DNA from: Acidimicrobiia bacterium
GTDB taxonomy: Bacteria; Actinomycetota; Acidimicrobiia; Acidimicrobiales; JANYDT01
Length of the DNA stretch: 64,000 nucleotides
NCBI GenBank assembly: GCA_031423635.1
Contig: JANPFX010000011.1
Span: 2,430-66,429, forward strand
Direction of reading: 5' to 3'
The position numbers were made by a program, and so were the translations under genes. This document shows positions 28,230 to 37,681 of the stretch, piece by piece. Each line of letters begins with the position of its first letter. The first letter of the stretch is position 1. The notes beneath the pieces were generated by a model that was given only the letters and a program-made list of their open reading frames with translations, was not told where the DNA came from and did no database searches.

Positions 28230-29795
28230 CTAGAGCGCGGTGACAGGGATTCGGGTGCGGTGTCGGGGGCGCTCGGTGATCTCGCGCAGTTCACCGCGGA
28301 GGAAGTGCGCGGCGGCACTCGTGATCTCCACGTTGGCGAACGTCCCGGCCGGAAGGGCTCGATGCTCACCGTCGCTGGAGCGGTACGGAAAGTGAACGAG
28401 CTTGCCCTGTTTCGTACGCGCGCTGGTGATCGACGAATCCTTCTTCGAAGGCCCCTCGACGAGCACCTCCTCTACCCGACCGACGCGCGCCGCGTGTTTG
28501 CGGGTGGCGCTCCGTTCGAGCACGTGGTTCAGGCGCGCGAATCGTTCGGACACCACATCGGCCGCCACGAACCGGTCCACCATCTCGGCGGCGCGGGTCC
28601 CGGGACGCGGCGAGAACTGGAACGGATAGCAGCTGTCGAACTCGGCCTCCGCCGCCACTTCGAGAGTCTGGACGAAGTCGGCCTCGGTCTCGCCAGGGAA
28701 CCCGACGATGATGTCGCTGGTGATGCTCAGGTCGTCGACCAACCGGCGGGCTTCGTGCAGCTTCTCCAGGTACTTCGCGGCCGTGTAGCCACGGCGCATC
28801 TCGCGAAGGATCACGTCGCTTCCGGACTGCAGCGGGAAATGGAGATGGGGCATCACTGTCGACACCTCGGCCATCGCCAGCATCGTGTCGACGCGGATGT
28901 CCTTCGGGTGTGGTGAGGTGTATCGAACGCGCCTGATCCCCTCGACCGCTCCAACCGAGCGCAGGAGATCTGCGAACAGCGCTCGCGCCCGCGGGCCGGC
29001 GGTATCGGTGGCCCACGAAGGACCGCACGCCTCGGCACTGCCCGGCATTCCGTGGCGATCCCGCCACGATGTGGTGAGGTCGCGTCCGTAGCTGTTGACA
29101 TTCTGTCCGAGCAGCGTCACCTCGACGGTGCCAGCCGCGGCGAGGGTACGGACTTCGTGGAGCAATTCGTCGAAGGTGCGGCTCGATTCGACCCCGCGGA
29201 CCGAAGGAACGATGCAGAACGCGCAGGAGTTGTCACAGCCGATCTGGATCGTGACCCATGCTGACCACTCCTCTTCGCGGCGAACCGGGAGTGCGCTCGG
29301 GAACGACTCGGCCTCCTCCAAGATCTCCATCAGAGGTCCGCGTGCATAGGACTCACGCAGCAGTTCCGCAGCTCGGTGCACGTTGTGGGTGCCGAACACC
29401 ACGTCAACGTGCCCCGCCCGTTGCTGGATCAGCCCACGGTCCTTCTGCGCCTGGCAGCCGCCCACCATGATCTTGAGCTCCGGGCGGGCGTCCTTGAGTT
29501 CCTTCACCCGACCGAGATTGCCGAACAGTTTGTTGTCCGCGTTCTCCCGAATAGTGCAGGTGTTGTAGACGACAACATCGGCATCGTCCTCGGAGTCGAC
29601 CCGTACGTAGCCATCGGCCTCGAGGAGACCGGAGATGCGCTCCGAGTCGTGCTCGTTCATCTGACAGCCGTACGTATGGATCACGTAGCGCTTCGATCCT
29701 GTTTCCGGCGACGACACGGCGGAGGAGTCTACGGGCCGCCCTGCTATGGCCGGACCCGCGCCAGAACGGGAAGCGCTCTGGCGAACGATGTTCAC
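28230..29795 (-). CDS. miaB: tRNA-2-methylthio-N6-dimethylallyladenosine synthase
   Basis: UPF0004 N-terminus YVIHTYGCQMNEHDSE, the radical-SAM cluster CDNSCAFCIVP and a C-terminal TRAM domain are present. It starts at the GTG at 29795. Confidence 0.9.
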   Translation of the reverse strand: MNIVRQSASRSGAGPAIAGRPVDSSAVSSPETGSKRYVIHTYGCQMNEHDSERISGLLEADGYVRVDSEDDADVVVYNTCTIRENADNKLFGNLGRVKELKDARPELKIMVGGCQAQKDRGLIQQRAGHVDVVFGTHNVHRAAELLRESYARGPLMEILEEAESFPSALPVRREEEWSAWVTIQIGCDNSCAFCIVPSVRGVESSRTFDELLHEVRTLAAAGTVEVTLLGQNVNSYGRDLTTSWRDRHGMPGSAEACGPSWATDTAGPRARALFADLLRSVGAVEGIRRVRYTSPHPKDIRVDTMLAMAEVSTVMPHLHFPLQSGSDVILREMRRGYTAAKYLEKLHEARRLVDDLSITSDIIVGFPGETEADFVQTLEVAAEAEFDSCYPFQFSPRPGTRAAEMVDRFVAADVVSERFARLNHVLERSATRKHAARVGRVEEVLVEGPSKKDSSITSARTKQGKLVHFPYRSSDGEHRALPAGTFANVEITSAAAHFLRGELREITERPRHRTRIPVTAL

Positions 29796-29946
29796 AGGCG
29801 CTGGTGAGATTGCAACTGAATGCCAACAACTCCATCACGTGGTCGGCCGATGCTCTCTTCGGCTCGAGAAACTCACCACCGCACCGGCCCAACGACACCA
29901 CCGCTCGCAGGACATCAAACCAACTCTCTCCGCAAAGGAACCCAGC

Positions 29947-30405
29947 ATGAACCGTTCAACCCGCCTCATCGCCTCGATCAGCATCGCCGCGGCAGCCGTC
30001 GTCGGAGTCTCGGCTCCCGCCTTCTCCACCCCGAAGTCCGACGCGGTCAACGCCGTCCGCGTCGAGAACCGTGCCCGCATCCAGGCCACCTACGACGCCA
30101 ACAAGGGTCGCCGCGACGCGACCTACTCGGCGAACTCGGCCCGCCGCGATGCCACCTTCCAGAGCTGCATGACCGGCGCCGCCGCGGCGACCACCAAGGA
30201 CGCCCGCGAGGCCGCCAAGGCTGCGTGCAAGACCTCTCGTCAGAGCACCAAGGCCGCCAACAAGAGCGCCTGGGAGCAGACCCGCGACCAGAACAAGGCC
30301 GCGCGTGAAGCCACCCGGGCCGCCAACAAGGCGGCGATCGACGCGGTCAAGGCCACGGTGACGACCGCCGTTCCGACGACGGTCAAGCCGGTTTCCGCTT
30401 CCTGA
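29947..30405 (+). CDS. small secreted Ala/Lys/Arg-rich helical protein, unknown function
   Basis: The signal peptide is MNRSTRLIASISIAAAAVVGVSAPAFS. Repeats follow: ANKGRRDATYSANSARRDATF and KAANKSAWEQTRDQNKAAREATRAANKAA. Confidence 0.6.
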   Translation: MNRSTRLIASISIAAAAVVGVSAPAFSTPKSDAVNAVRVENRARIQATYDANKGRRDATYSANSARRDATFQSCMTGAAAATTKDAREAAKAACKTSRQSTKAANKSAWEQTRDQNKAAREATRAANKAAIDAVKATVTTAVPTTVKPVSAS

Positions 30406-30469
30406 CGCACAATCTCCACGTTCGGTCCGGCACAACCTGCCGGCCGCAGAACCCGACTCCCCCGCCTTC

Positions 30470-30502
30470 GGGGCGGATCGTCCGAATCGGGCGATCCGCC
30501 CC
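30470..30502 (+). terminator. stem-loop downstream of the secreted-protein gene
   Basis: A perfect 11-bp stem GGGGCGGATCG / CGATCCGCCCC encloses an 11-nt loop. There is no U-tract, which is common in high-GC actinobacteria. Confidence 0.5.
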
Positions 30503-30549
30503 GAGGCGCGTTGGGGCCCGGGCACGCCGCGTGCCATGCTCGACACCTC

Positions 30550-31407
30550 ATGACCTTCGACGAACGCCTGGCCTACGCCACGGCTCGCGGCATCTCCCGA
30601 GACGACCTCCCCGGCCGAGCCCCGTCGTTCGAGCGGCGGTTGGCCCTGGCCGGCAACTACAACTTCCGCGACGCCGGGGGCTACGGGGTCGGTGACGGCC
30701 GGGTCATTCGCCGGGGGGTCATCTACCGCAGTGACCACCTGGCCACGCTCACCGACGACGACGTGGCCGCCGTCGCAGCGCTCGGGCTGCGTCGGGTCCA
30801 CGATTTCCGCCTGGCGGGAGAACGTGAGCGCCAGCCGAGCCGTCTGCCCGTCGGACCCCACGCTGCCGAAATGGTCTTGCTCGGTACGGCCGACTTCTCG
30901 TCGCTCGACGAGAGCGTGATCGACGTGATCCGCGACATCCTCGCCGGGACCCGCCCGCTTCCCGAACCGGACTTCTGGGAGGGGAACTATCTCGACATGG
31001 CGCAGGCGTCGCAGCGCATGCTGGTCGGCTACCTCCGCTCCATCGCCCAACCCGACGCACTCCCGGCGCTGCACCACTGCACCGGCGGAAAGGACCGCAC
31101 GGGGGTGTCGACGGCGCTGCTCCACCGGATCCTGGGCGTCAGCGACGACGACATCATGGACGACTTCCTGCTCACCAACGTGTACCGCACGCCCTATCGG
31201 GTGGATGACCTCCGCGAAGGGTTCACCGCTCGCGGCATCTCTGTGATCGATGCGCTGCCCATCCTCGGCGTCAGCCGCCAGCCACTCCAAGGAGTGCTCG
31301 CCTACTGGGACGCGGGCGGCGGTGCCCGCGCCTATGCCCTCGACGGTGGGGCAACGAGTGCGGAGCTGAACAGGCTCAGTGACGCATTGCTGACGAGCGC
31401 CGACTGA
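30550..31407 (+). CDS. tyrosine-protein phosphatase (Y_phosphatase3-like)
   Basis: The CX5R active site is HCTGGKDRTG, and NFRDAGG lies near the N-terminus. The start is at MTFDERL. Confidence 0.8.
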   Translation: MTFDERLAYATARGISRDDLPGRAPSFERRLALAGNYNFRDAGGYGVGDGRVIRRGVIYRSDHLATLTDDDVAAVAALGLRRVHDFRLAGERERQPSRLPVGPHAAEMVLLGTADFSSLDESVIDVIRDILAGTRPLPEPDFWEGNYLDMAQASQRMLVGYLRSIAQPDALPALHHCTGGKDRTGVSTALLHRILGVSDDDIMDDFLLTNVYRTPYRVDDLREGFTARGISVIDALPILGVSRQPLQGVLAYWDAGGGARAYALDGGATSAELNRLSDALLTSAD

Positions 31408-31423
31408 GGGCCAGAGCGGAGAC

Positions 31424-31459
31424 TGGCCGCATCACCTGGTTTCCCAAGCGATGCGGCCG
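31424..31459. terminator. hairpin between convergent phosphatase and recA genes
   Basis: A 9-bp stem GGCCGCATC / GATGCGGCC encloses a 16-nt loop. It is weak as an intrinsic terminator. Confidence 0.3.
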
Positions 31460-31549
31460 AGTCCGCCACCACACACAACAGCAATCGTCGGACCGGCCGC
31501 TCAGCTTGAGAGGTCATCCGGCAAACGGGTCGTTCGACCCAGCCAGAGC

Positions 31550-32665
31550 TCAGTCGAGCGAGATGGGCTCGTCGTCGTCATCGAGATCGTCGAGCGCGTC
31601 GCCGACGACTTCGACGATGCCGACCTTCTGGCGGATCTTCTCGGTGATCTCCATCATCAGCTCGGCATTCTCGGAGAGGAAGTTCTTGGCATTCTCCCGA
31701 CCCTGGCCGAGCTGCTCGCCTTCGTAGGTGAACCAGGCGCCCGACTTCTTGATGACGGCACACTCGACGCCGACATCGAGCACCGACCCTTCACGGCTGA
31801 TTCCCTTGCCGTACATGATGTCGAACTCGGCCTGCTTGAACGGCGGGGCGACTTTGTTCTTCACGATCTTCACCCGGGTGCGGTTGCCGGTGACGTCGGC
31901 ACCATCTTTGATCGATTCGATGCGGCGGATGTCGATGCGCACCGACGAGTAGAACTTCAGCGCCCGTCCACCCGGCGTGGTTTCCGGCGAGCCGAACATC
32001 ACGCCGATCTTCTCCCGCAGCTGGTTGATGAAGATCACGACCGTGTTGGTGCGGCTGATCGAGGCCGTGAGCTTGCGCAGCGCCTGGCTCATGAGGCGGG
32101 CCTGGAGACCGACGAACGTGTCGCCCATCTCCCCTTCGATTTCCGCCTTCGGGGTGAGGGCGGCGACAGAGTCGATCACGACGACATCGAGCGCACCGGA
32201 ACGGACGAGCATGTCGCAGATCTCGAGGGCCTGCTCGCCCGTGTCGGGCTGGGAGATGAGCAGGTTGTCGATGTCGACGCCGATAGCGCTCGCATAGACC
32301 GGGTCCATGGCGTGCTCAGCGTCGATATAGGCACATGTGCCGCCGTTGCGCTGGGCCTCGGCCACGACGTGCATCGCCAGCGTGGACTTGCCGGACGACT
32401 CGGGGCCGTAGATTTCACAGATACGGCCACGCGGCAGGCCGCCGATGCCGAGGGCGAGATCCACAGCGAGCGAGCCGGTGGACACCGCTTCGATCCTCAT
32501 GTGGGTGTTCTCGCCGAGTCGCATGATCGACCCTTTGCCGAACTGCTTGTCGATCTGGCCGAGGGCCATCTCCAGTGCTTTGGCTCGCTCCATCTCTGCT
32601 CCTTGGGTCCTCTTGCCGGAGTCTTTGCCGGCGTCTTTCGTGTCTCGTGCGGGGAACGTTTTCAT
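31550..32665 (-). CDS. recA: recombinase RecA
   Basis: [20 protein letters not shown] and Walker [10 protein letters not shown] are present with full-length conservation. An alternative start is MERAKAL at 32593. Confidence 0.95.
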   Translation of the reverse strand: MKTFPARDTKDAGKDSGKRTQGAEMERAKALEMALGQIDKQFGKGSIMRLGENTHMRIEAVSTGSLAVDLALGIGGLPRGRICEIYGPESSGKSTLAMHVVAEAQRNGGTCAYIDAEHAMDPVYASAIGVDIDNLLISQPDTGEQALEICDMLVRSGALDVVVIDSVAALTPKAEIEGEMGDTFVGLQARLMSQALRKLTASISRTNTVVIFINQLREKIGVMFGSPETTPGGRALKFYSSVRIDIRRIESIKDGADVTGNRTRVKIVKNKVAPPFKQAEFDIMYGKGISREGSVLDVGVECAVIKKSGAWFTYEGEQLGQGRENAKNFLSENAELMMEITEKIRQKVGIVEVVGDALDDLDDDDEPISLD

Positions 32666-32805
32666 TGCGGATCACTGTAGGAGAGGGGTGAGACAAAAAT
32701 GACAGACATGTGATTTCCTCGGGGTCGACGGCGGACGGTCACCTCGACGAACCACGGACGGCCGGTCGAAGGGGTGGTGTTCGATCGAGAGCGGGTTCGG
32801 TTGCC

Positions 32806-32843
32806 CCAAACGAACGTTCGAGATCGTAAACAAACGTTCGAGA
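32806..32843. promoter_or_regulatory. two tandem SOS-box-like (LexA) sites in the recA / capA-like divergent region
   Basis: The direct repeat AAAC(G/A)AACGTTCGAGA occurs at 32807-32822 and 32828-32843 with 21-nt spacing. On the reverse strand these read TCGAAC-GTTC-GTTTGG and TCGAAC-GTTT-GTTTAC, against the actinobacterial consensus TCGAAC-N4-GTTCGA. Confidence 0.4.
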
Positions 32844-32861
32844 ACATGCAAGCATGCTCCG

Positions 32862-34160
32862 GTGCGCGGCAGCGACGGACCCGCATCCCCGGCCGCGGGA
32901 GCCGCAAGGGTCGTCGGCCGGCTGACGAAACGCCTGCTCATGGTGGCTGTGTGCACGCTCCTCGCCACTGCTTCCGCCGCGGACAGCCGAGCCGCCGAAT
33001 CCCCGGCGAACCCCGCCGGACCGCCCGTGAGCGCCGACCAGCCGACCACGTCCACGAGCTCGGCCCTGCCGGCGGGCCCGATCGCCCCTCCCGGGTCGAC
33101 CGCCGGGGTGGCCGGCCCGGCGAATCCGACGGCGACGACCACCACGCCCTCCACGACACCCACGGCCGGACCACCGCTCCCGGGAGGCACCGGTCAAGGT
33201 GCGAACGGCACCTGGACGCTGGCGTTCGGTGGGGACACGCTCCTCACCCGTCGCGTCGGACCCGCAACCGATCCGTTCGCCGGCATCCGGCCGCCGCTCG
33301 CCGACGCCGATCTCGCGATCGTGAACCTCGAAACCGCGATGTCGACGCGCGGCCGCGCGCAGGTGAAGACCTTCACCTTCCGCTCTGCGCCGTCATTCGC
33401 CGATGTGATCTCCCGGGCCGGGGTGGACGTGGTCTCCTTGGCCAACAACCACTCGCTCGACTTCGGAATCGATGCCCTCGAGGACACGATCGACAACCTC
33501 GACCGCGTGCTCGTCGCCCACGTCGGCGCCGGACGCGACCTTGCCGCTGCTCTCACCCCCGCCGAGTTCGATATCGGCGGAACGCGCGTCGCCGTGCTCG
33601 GCGCCAGCCAGATCATCCCGAGCGGCACGTGGCCGGCTACCGCGACGCGGGGAGGAATAGCGTCGGCCGGCAAGCACGCCATCAACCGTGAAACACAACA
33701 GTTGCTCGCCGCGGTCCACCGCGCGAAGGCGGCCAACGACGTGGTGCTCGTGGTGCTGCATTGGGGCATCGAAGGAGACCCGTGCCCGTCGGTGGTGCAG
33801 CAGAAGCTGGGCCGACTCCTCGTCGACGAGGGCGCCACCGCGGTGCTCGGCGCTCACCCCCACATCCTGCAGCCGGTCGTGCCGGTGAGCACGACGGCCG
33901 GCGACGCTGTCGTGGCCTATTCGCTCGGCAACTTCATCTGGGACCCGCGCAGCGGCGCGACGGGTGAAACCGGCGTGCTCGAACTGCGCTTCGACGGACC
34001 CAAACTCGCGGCCATTCGTTTCGCCCCGCACCGCCTCGACGACAACGGATGGGCACGCGCCGTCGATTCATCGAGCGTTCGCGGCCGGGCGATCAGCGCA
34101 AGAGTTGGGCGCCGCTGCCCCGGTGCTCCGGGAGTGTCGAGCTGGGACGCCTCCAGCTGA
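32862..34160 (+). CDS. CapA family (PGA_cap metallophosphatase-like) secreted protein
   Basis: WTLAFGGDTLL, ADLAIVNLETA, SLANNHSLDFG and LHWGIE are CapA family motifs. The N-terminus has a signal sequence and a Pro/Thr-rich linker. The start is uncertain (32862 or 32940). Confidence 0.8.
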   Translation: MRGSDGPASPAAGAARVVGRLTKRLLMVAVCTLLATASAADSRAAESPANPAGPPVSADQPTTSTSSALPAGPIAPPGSTAGVAGPANPTATTTTPSTTPTAGPPLPGGTGQGANGTWTLAFGGDTLLTRRVGPATDPFAGIRPPLADADLAIVNLETAMSTRGRAQVKTFTFRSAPSFADVISRAGVDVVSLANNHSLDFGIDALEDTIDNLDRVLVAHVGAGRDLAAALTPAEFDIGGTRVAVLGASQIIPSGTWPATATRGGIASAGKHAINRETQQLLAAVHRAKAANDVVLVVLHWGIEGDPCPSVVQQKLGRLLVDEGATAVLGAHPHILQPVVPVSTTAGDAVVAYSLGNFIWDPRSGATGETGVLELRFDGPKLAAIRFAPHRLDDNGWARAVDSSSVRGRAISARVGRRCPGAPGVSSWDASS

Positions 34161-34204
34161 TCCTCCCCGATCCCGGCCACGACTCCACAAACAACAACGC
34201 GCGC

Positions 34205-35455
34205 TTACGAGGTCGCTAGAGCGCGACGCACGACATCCATCGACGAGATCGCGGAAAAGTTGCGGACCCGTTCGCGATCGCCCGGCAACAAGAGCTGATC
34301 GGTGTGCTCGCCTTCGGGCGTGACGAGGCCGACGAACACCGTGCCGACCGGTTGGCCGTCCTGCTCGGTCGGACCGGCCACACCCGTGATGGCAACACCG
34401 ACATCTGCACCGAGCACGGACCGAGCGCCTCGGGCCATGGCCAGCGCTGCCGCTTCCGAAACCACCGGACCTTCCGGCACGCCGAGAACCGTTTGCTTGA
34501 CCTCGGTGGCGTAGCTCACCACGGCACCGCGGAACCAGGTGGACGCTCCCGGAACGGCGACACAACGCGAGGCAACGAGTCCGCCGGTGACGGACTCGGC
34601 CAGACCCATCGTCCAGCCGCGGGCAACGAGCAGGGACCCGACGGTCGCCTCCATGGTGGCGTCGTCGACGGCGAACACGAGCTGGCCGAGGATGTCCCGG
34701 ACCTTGCGCTCCTCCGCGTCGAGAAAGGCCATGGCCTCGGCGTCCGTCGGCGCCTTGGCCGTGAGGCGAACCTTGATGCCCTCGATGCCACTCGCCAGGA
34801 ACGCGATCGTGAGCGGAGGTGCGCCGGGCCGGTCGAGCGCGTCGAGGCGGGACGAGATTCGCTCCGCGAGCGTCGACTCGGCGATGCCCCACGTGCGCAG
34901 CACACGGCTGCGGATCGTGGCAACGCTCCCGGTCCGGGCGACGAGGTCGGGAAGGATCGCCCGCTCGAGCATGTCCTTCATCTCGTAGGGCACACCGGGG
35001 ACCGCATAGATGACCTTCTTGCCGACCGGGCAGATCAGACCGGGCGCAGTGCCGCGCGTCTGCACGATGATCGACGCGCCCTTCGGCACGTCGCCTTGTC
35101 GGGCATTGTTCTCCGACATCTCCCTACCGCGGGCACTGAACATCGTCCGGATCCGCTCGACGATGTCGTCATGGCGCTCGAGCCCGACGTTCATCACGGT
35201 CGCGATGGCCTCACGGGTGATGTCGTCCTGGGTGGGGCCGAGGCCGCCGCAGCAGATGACGGCGTCGCTTCTCGACAGGGCCATCCGGAGGGCGTCGACG
35301 ATCCGTTGGTGGTTGTCACCGACCTTCGTCTGGAAGTGGGTGTCGATCCCGGCGCCGGCGAGTTGTTCGCCGATCCAGGACGAGTTCGTGTCGACGATCT
35401 GGCCGAGCAGCAACTCCGTGCCGACGGCGACAACTTCACAGCGCATGGTCCCCAT
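34205..35455 (-). CDS. cinA: competence/damage-inducible protein CinA (MoCF-binding + NMN deamidase domains)
   Basis: MRCEVVAVGTELLLGQIVDTNSSWIGEQL is followed by a C-terminal PncC-like domain ending in ...ESVTGGL. Confidence 0.9.
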   Translation of the reverse strand: MGTMRCEVVAVGTELLLGQIVDTNSSWIGEQLAGAGIDTHFQTKVGDNHQRIVDALRMALSRSDAVICCGGLGPTQDDITREAIATVMNVGLERHDDIVERIRTMFSARGREMSENNARQGDVPKGASIIVQTRGTAPGLICPVGKKVIYAVPGVPYEMKDMLERAILPDLVARTGSVATIRSRVLRTWGIAESTLAERISSRLDALDRPGAPPLTIAFLASGIEGIKVRLTAKAPTDAEAMAFLDAEERKVRDILGQLVFAVDDATMEATVGSLLVARGWTMGLAESVTGGLVASRCVAVPGASTWFRGAVVSYATEVKQTVLGVPEGPVVSEAAALAMARGARSVLGADVGVAITGVAGPTEQDGQPVGTVFVGLVTPEGEHTDQLLLPGDRERVRNFSAISSMDVVRRALATS

Positions 35456-35482
35456 CCTGACCTATGGGTGACCGCAGGTAGC

Positions 35483-36055
35483 GTGAAGGTCGTGGGACTC
35501 CTCAGCCGAACGCCGAAATCCGAGAAAACCCGTCGGGCTCGGCCGCCCCGGGTGTACCTGAACCGGGAGGAGACCAAGCAGACGATGCGTCTCCAGCCGA
35601 TGGAACGCAAGATCCTCTACGTTGCGGCGGCCTACTGCGCCGTGGCCATGGCGCTCATCCAGGCGTACACGAGAGGTACCGAGAAGTTGTGGTGGCTGGC
35701 CGTCAGCCTCGCCCTCGTCGGTGCGTTCGTGGCGCTGACGTGGCGGACGAACCGCATGTTCGCCGGCATCGGAGCCATCCTCTGTGTGTACGGTCCGGCG
35801 TGGGGAAAGTACGTGATCTTCGGAACGCCGCTGTTCGGCCTCATGCTGTGGCTGACCTTTCGCATCTCGACCGATCGGCGCAAGCTCATCGACGACCGCA
35901 TCCGACGCGGCGACTACGGGGTCGATCCACGCACCGCGGCAGACCAGGCCCGCAAGGCCAAGAAGGCCGGCACCACCGCGACCCAGACCGTCAGCGGCAA
36001 GCCCCTGGCTCCGCCGTCGAAGCGCTACACACCGCCGAAGGCCAAGAAGAAGTAG
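35483..36055 (+). CDS. small integral membrane protein with Lys-rich C-terminal tail, unknown function
   Basis: The 3' part of a long antisense track ORF carries 3-4 hydrophobic helices (ILYVAAAYCAVAMALI, WWLAVSLALVGAFVAL, FAGIGAILCVYG, LFGLMLWLTF). The tail is PPSKRYTPPKAKKK. The start is GTG 35483 or ATG 35585. Confidence 0.55.
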   Translation: MKVVGLLSRTPKSEKTRRARPPRVYLNREETKQTMRLQPMERKILYVAAAYCAVAMALIQAYTRGTEKLWWLAVSLALVGAFVALTWRTNRMFAGIGAILCVYGPAWGKYVIFGTPLFGLMLWLTFRISTDRRKLIDDRIRRGDYGVDPRTAADQARKAKKAGTTATQTVSGKPLAPPSKRYTPPKAKKK

Positions 36056-36147
36056 GACGCCCCGGCGGCTGCCACACGACGCCCCGCCGGTCCGCCGAGC
36101 GACGGTCATCCCGGCTGATCGCCGGGGCCGGGTGCCAAGATCGGCGG

Positions 36148-37098
36148 GTGCCTGTTGCCCTCCTGCTCGACCCCCTGTTCCGGACGACGGGGATGTGGGT
36201 CGACGCGCTTCGGGCGGCAATGCCGGAGGAGGAGGTGATGCTGGTCGGCGACCTCACCGAGGCGCACGTGACCGACAACGTCGACATTGCCCTCGTACGG
36301 GGAGTCGACCCGGGCGAGCTTCGGCGATTCCCTCGGTTGCGGTTCATCCACTGCCTCTGGGCCGGGGTCGATGGGTTGCTCACCGATCCGTCGGTGCCGA
36401 CCGAGGTGCCGCTGGCCCGCACCGTCGACCCTGCGATGGCCGACCGGATGGCAGCGACGGCATTGGCGCACGTGCTCGACATCTGCCTGCTTCACCACGA
36501 CTATCGCGAGAAGCAGAAGCGGGCGTCGTGGGAGCCACGCCATGCCAAACCGATGACGTCGAAGACGGTATCCATCCTCGGCTTCGGATCACTCGGCCGC
36601 AGATGTGCCGAGTACATCGCCATCACGGGGGCCGCGGTCATAGGTGTACGTAGTACCCGCACAACGGCCGTGAACCACGCGCCATGGACGACGACAACGA
36701 ACATGGACGACGCCGTGGCCGCCGCCGACGTCGTGATCAACCTCCTGCCCCTGACGACCGAGACGACCGGCGTGTTGAATGCCGCCCTCTTTGCCCATTT
36801 TCGACCGGGTGCCGCGGTGATCAACCTTGGCCGGGGAAACCACGTGGTCGATCCGGACCTGCTTGCCGCACTGGCCGAGGGAAGAATCCGCCGCGCCGTT
36901 CTCGACGTCTTCGGACAGGAACCGCTCCCCGGGGACCATCCGTACTGGCGCCACCCCGGCGTGACCATCACGCCGCACGTCGCGGCCGAAACCGACCCCA
37001 TGAGTGCTGCCGCGGTCATCGCGGCGAACATCCGTGCCTTTCGGGCCGGGCATGCCGATCGGATCACCGGGCTCGTCGACCGAGCCCGCGGCTACTGA
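36148..37098 (+). CDS. D-isomer-specific 2-hydroxyacid dehydrogenase (glyoxylate/hydroxypyruvate reductase A-like)
   Basis: The NAD-binding motif ILGFGSLGRR, NLLPLTTETTGVLN, INLGRG and RRAVLDVF..EPLP are present. The start was set at GTG 36148. The upstream part of the track ORF is Arg-rich noise. Confidence 0.8.
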   Translation: MPVALLLDPLFRTTGMWVDALRAAMPEEEVMLVGDLTEAHVTDNVDIALVRGVDPGELRRFPRLRFIHCLWAGVDGLLTDPSVPTEVPLARTVDPAMADRMAATALAHVLDICLLHHDYREKQKRASWEPRHAKPMTSKTVSILGFGSLGRRCAEYIAITGAAVIGVRSTRTTAVNHAPWTTTTNMDDAVAAADVVINLLPLTTETTGVLNAALFAHFRPGAAVINLGRGNHVVDPDLLAALAEGRIRRAVLDVFGQEPLPGDHPYWRHPGVTITPHVAAETDPMSAAAVIAANIRAFRAGHADRITGLVDRARGY

Positions 37099-37673
37099 AC
37101 CGGCCGGCTCAAGGCCGGCTGGACCCTGCGGGCTTCGACGAGGTATTGCGCACCGCTCACGACGGTGAGCACGACACTGACGACGAGCAGCGTGTGTCCC
37201 AGCCAGGCTGCGTGCTCGCCGACCCACGGCATGATCGAGAAACCGACGGCGCTCTGCTGGGCGAAGGTCTTCCACTTCGCCGACGTGCGCGCCGGGACCG
37301 AGACGCCCTTGGTACCGATGAACGAGCGGTAGACGGTGATCGCCACCTCCCTCACTGCGGTGAGGGCGACCCACGGCCAGAAGTAGACACCCTTCACGAC
37401 GAGCACCGCCATCGCACCCAAGGTCATGAATTTGTCGGCCAGCGGATCGAGGAAAGCACCGGAGCGGGTGGTCCCGAAACGGCGAGCGAGGATGCCGTCG
37501 AAGTAGTCGGTCCAGCACAGGACGGCCCACAGGGCGAACGTGCCGAGATCGAAACGCAACGAGGCGATGAGCACGAGCATCACCGGTGTGAGCATCATGC
37601 GCACCACGGTGAGGGCGTTCGCCGGGGTGACGAACGCTCCTGGATCGAAGCGAGGGGGACGGGTGGCGGCCAT
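37092..37673 (-). CDS. pgsA: CDP-diacylglycerol--glycerol-3-phosphate 3-phosphatidyltransferase
   Basis: The CDP-alcohol phosphatidyltransferase motif DYFDGILARRFGTTRSGAFLDPLADK is present. Confidence 0.88.
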   Translation of the reverse strand: MAATRPPRFDPGAFVTPANALTVVRMMLTPVMLVLIASLRFDLGTFALWAVLCWTDYFDGILARRFGTTRSGAFLDPLADKFMTLGAMAVLVVKGVYFWPWVALTAVREVAITVYRSFIGTKGVSVPARTSAKWKTFAQQSAVGFSIMPWVGEHAAWLGHTLLVVSVVLTVVSGAQYLVEARRVQPALSRPVQ

Positions 37674-37681
37674 CGACGGAT

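Noticed and set aside
32811-32820. The perfect palindrome CGAACGTTCG as a stand-alone operator.
   Set aside because: It is better explained as part of the first of two phased LexA-box-like repeats. Taken alone, a 10-bp palindrome is not distinctive.
34304-35480. The N-terminal ~390 codons of the 583-aa + strand ORF. The same applies to 37715-39196 of the 735-aa ORF.
   Set aside because: These parts are antisense to cinA and rimO. Only the 3' portions (35483-36055 and 39197-39922) have hydrophobic or DUF-like sequence and plausible SD/start signals, so the genes were truncated to those.
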